From Chthonomonas sp. (lineage in GTDB: Bacteria; Armatimonadota; Fimbriimonadia; Fimbriimonadales; Fimbriimonadaceae): 64,000 nt of DNA. Location: the NCBI GenBank assembly GCA_040383535.1, contig JBEIDH010000011.1:421-64420 (forward strand), in the 5' to 3' direction. The notes below the pieces were generated by a model. The model ran no database searches and was not told the origin of the DNA. It saw nothing but the letters and a program-made list of their open reading frames with translations. A program made the translations under genes and the position numbers. Below, one piece after another: positions 63,883-64,000 of this stretch (positions are counted from its first letter, which is position 1; every line of letters starts with the position of its first letter).

Positions 63883-64000
63883 CTTGTACCTAGTTTAACA
63901 TGGGAATACGTATTCTCGGTGGCATTTGTGACAGTGTGGTTAAATTTTTGTAAGAATCTGGTACACCGGGGAGCCATGGTGTGAGACGCAAATCCTGTGC

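Noticed and set aside
1-64000. Looked for a mobile element, prophage, defence island, toxin-antitoxin pair or CRISPR array.
   Set aside because: No integrase, transposase, recombinase, cas, restriction-modification, Abi or TA-like genes were recognised. Gene content and tight operon packing look like core chromosome.

Overview
Dense chromosomal segment with about 60 protein-coding genes and one tRNA, mostly housekeeping. GC looks moderate by eye (not computed). There are very short intergenic gaps and many 1-4 nt start/stop overlaps. Recognisable content, in order: 2-oxoacid dehydrogenase E1 beta, GT2, trigger factor, HD hydrolase, OsmC, tpiA, thioesterase, and an AlkA-like glycosylase. An F-type ATPase operon atpZ-I-B-E-F-H-A-G follows and ends at a strong terminator without atpD/atpC. 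Then come recG, MoeZ-like ThiF-rhodanese, gpx, topA, a transglutaminase-like protein, PIN-TRAM YacL-like, two orphan peptide-ABC permeases, a CrtD/CruF-like carotenoid pair, and tRNA-Ser(GCU). Next are an SLT transglycosylase, two tandem S41 peptidase paralogs, an ECF sigma, TPR, a Ser/Thr kinase with four zinc ribbons, and a J-domain-WD40 fusion. A dCMP deaminase-wecA-wecB-uppP operon lies convergent with a YfhO-like membrane protein. After that: ftsH, tilS, rmuC plus two coupled unknowns, LacI regulator, methyltransferase-GT2 fusion, tandem clpS paralogs, DUF192, orphan leuD, sepF, yggS, HAD, a prepilin-type (FPVFAQAR) protein, mfd and a secreted GH13 branching-enzyme-like protein. The prepilin-type protein and gene content suggest an Armatimonadota/Planctomycetota-like lineage (low confidence). 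I saw no integrase, transposase, CRISPR, cas, toxin-antitoxin or recognisable defence island, so I cannot support a claim of a new multi-gene system. The least explained structure is a family of ~80-nt palindromic G/C-tract repeats. Its arms are conserved, its ~30-nt cores are unique, and there is one apparent compensatory change. One copy sits at 7.3 kb and a nest of 3-4 copies sits upstream of mfd. Other second-look items are modest: split atp operon, His-rich a-subunit tail, probable pseudo-protease paralog, tandem ClpS, zinc-ribbon kinase, orphan leuD. Refined start codons were derived by hand from the ORF track and may be off by one alternative start.
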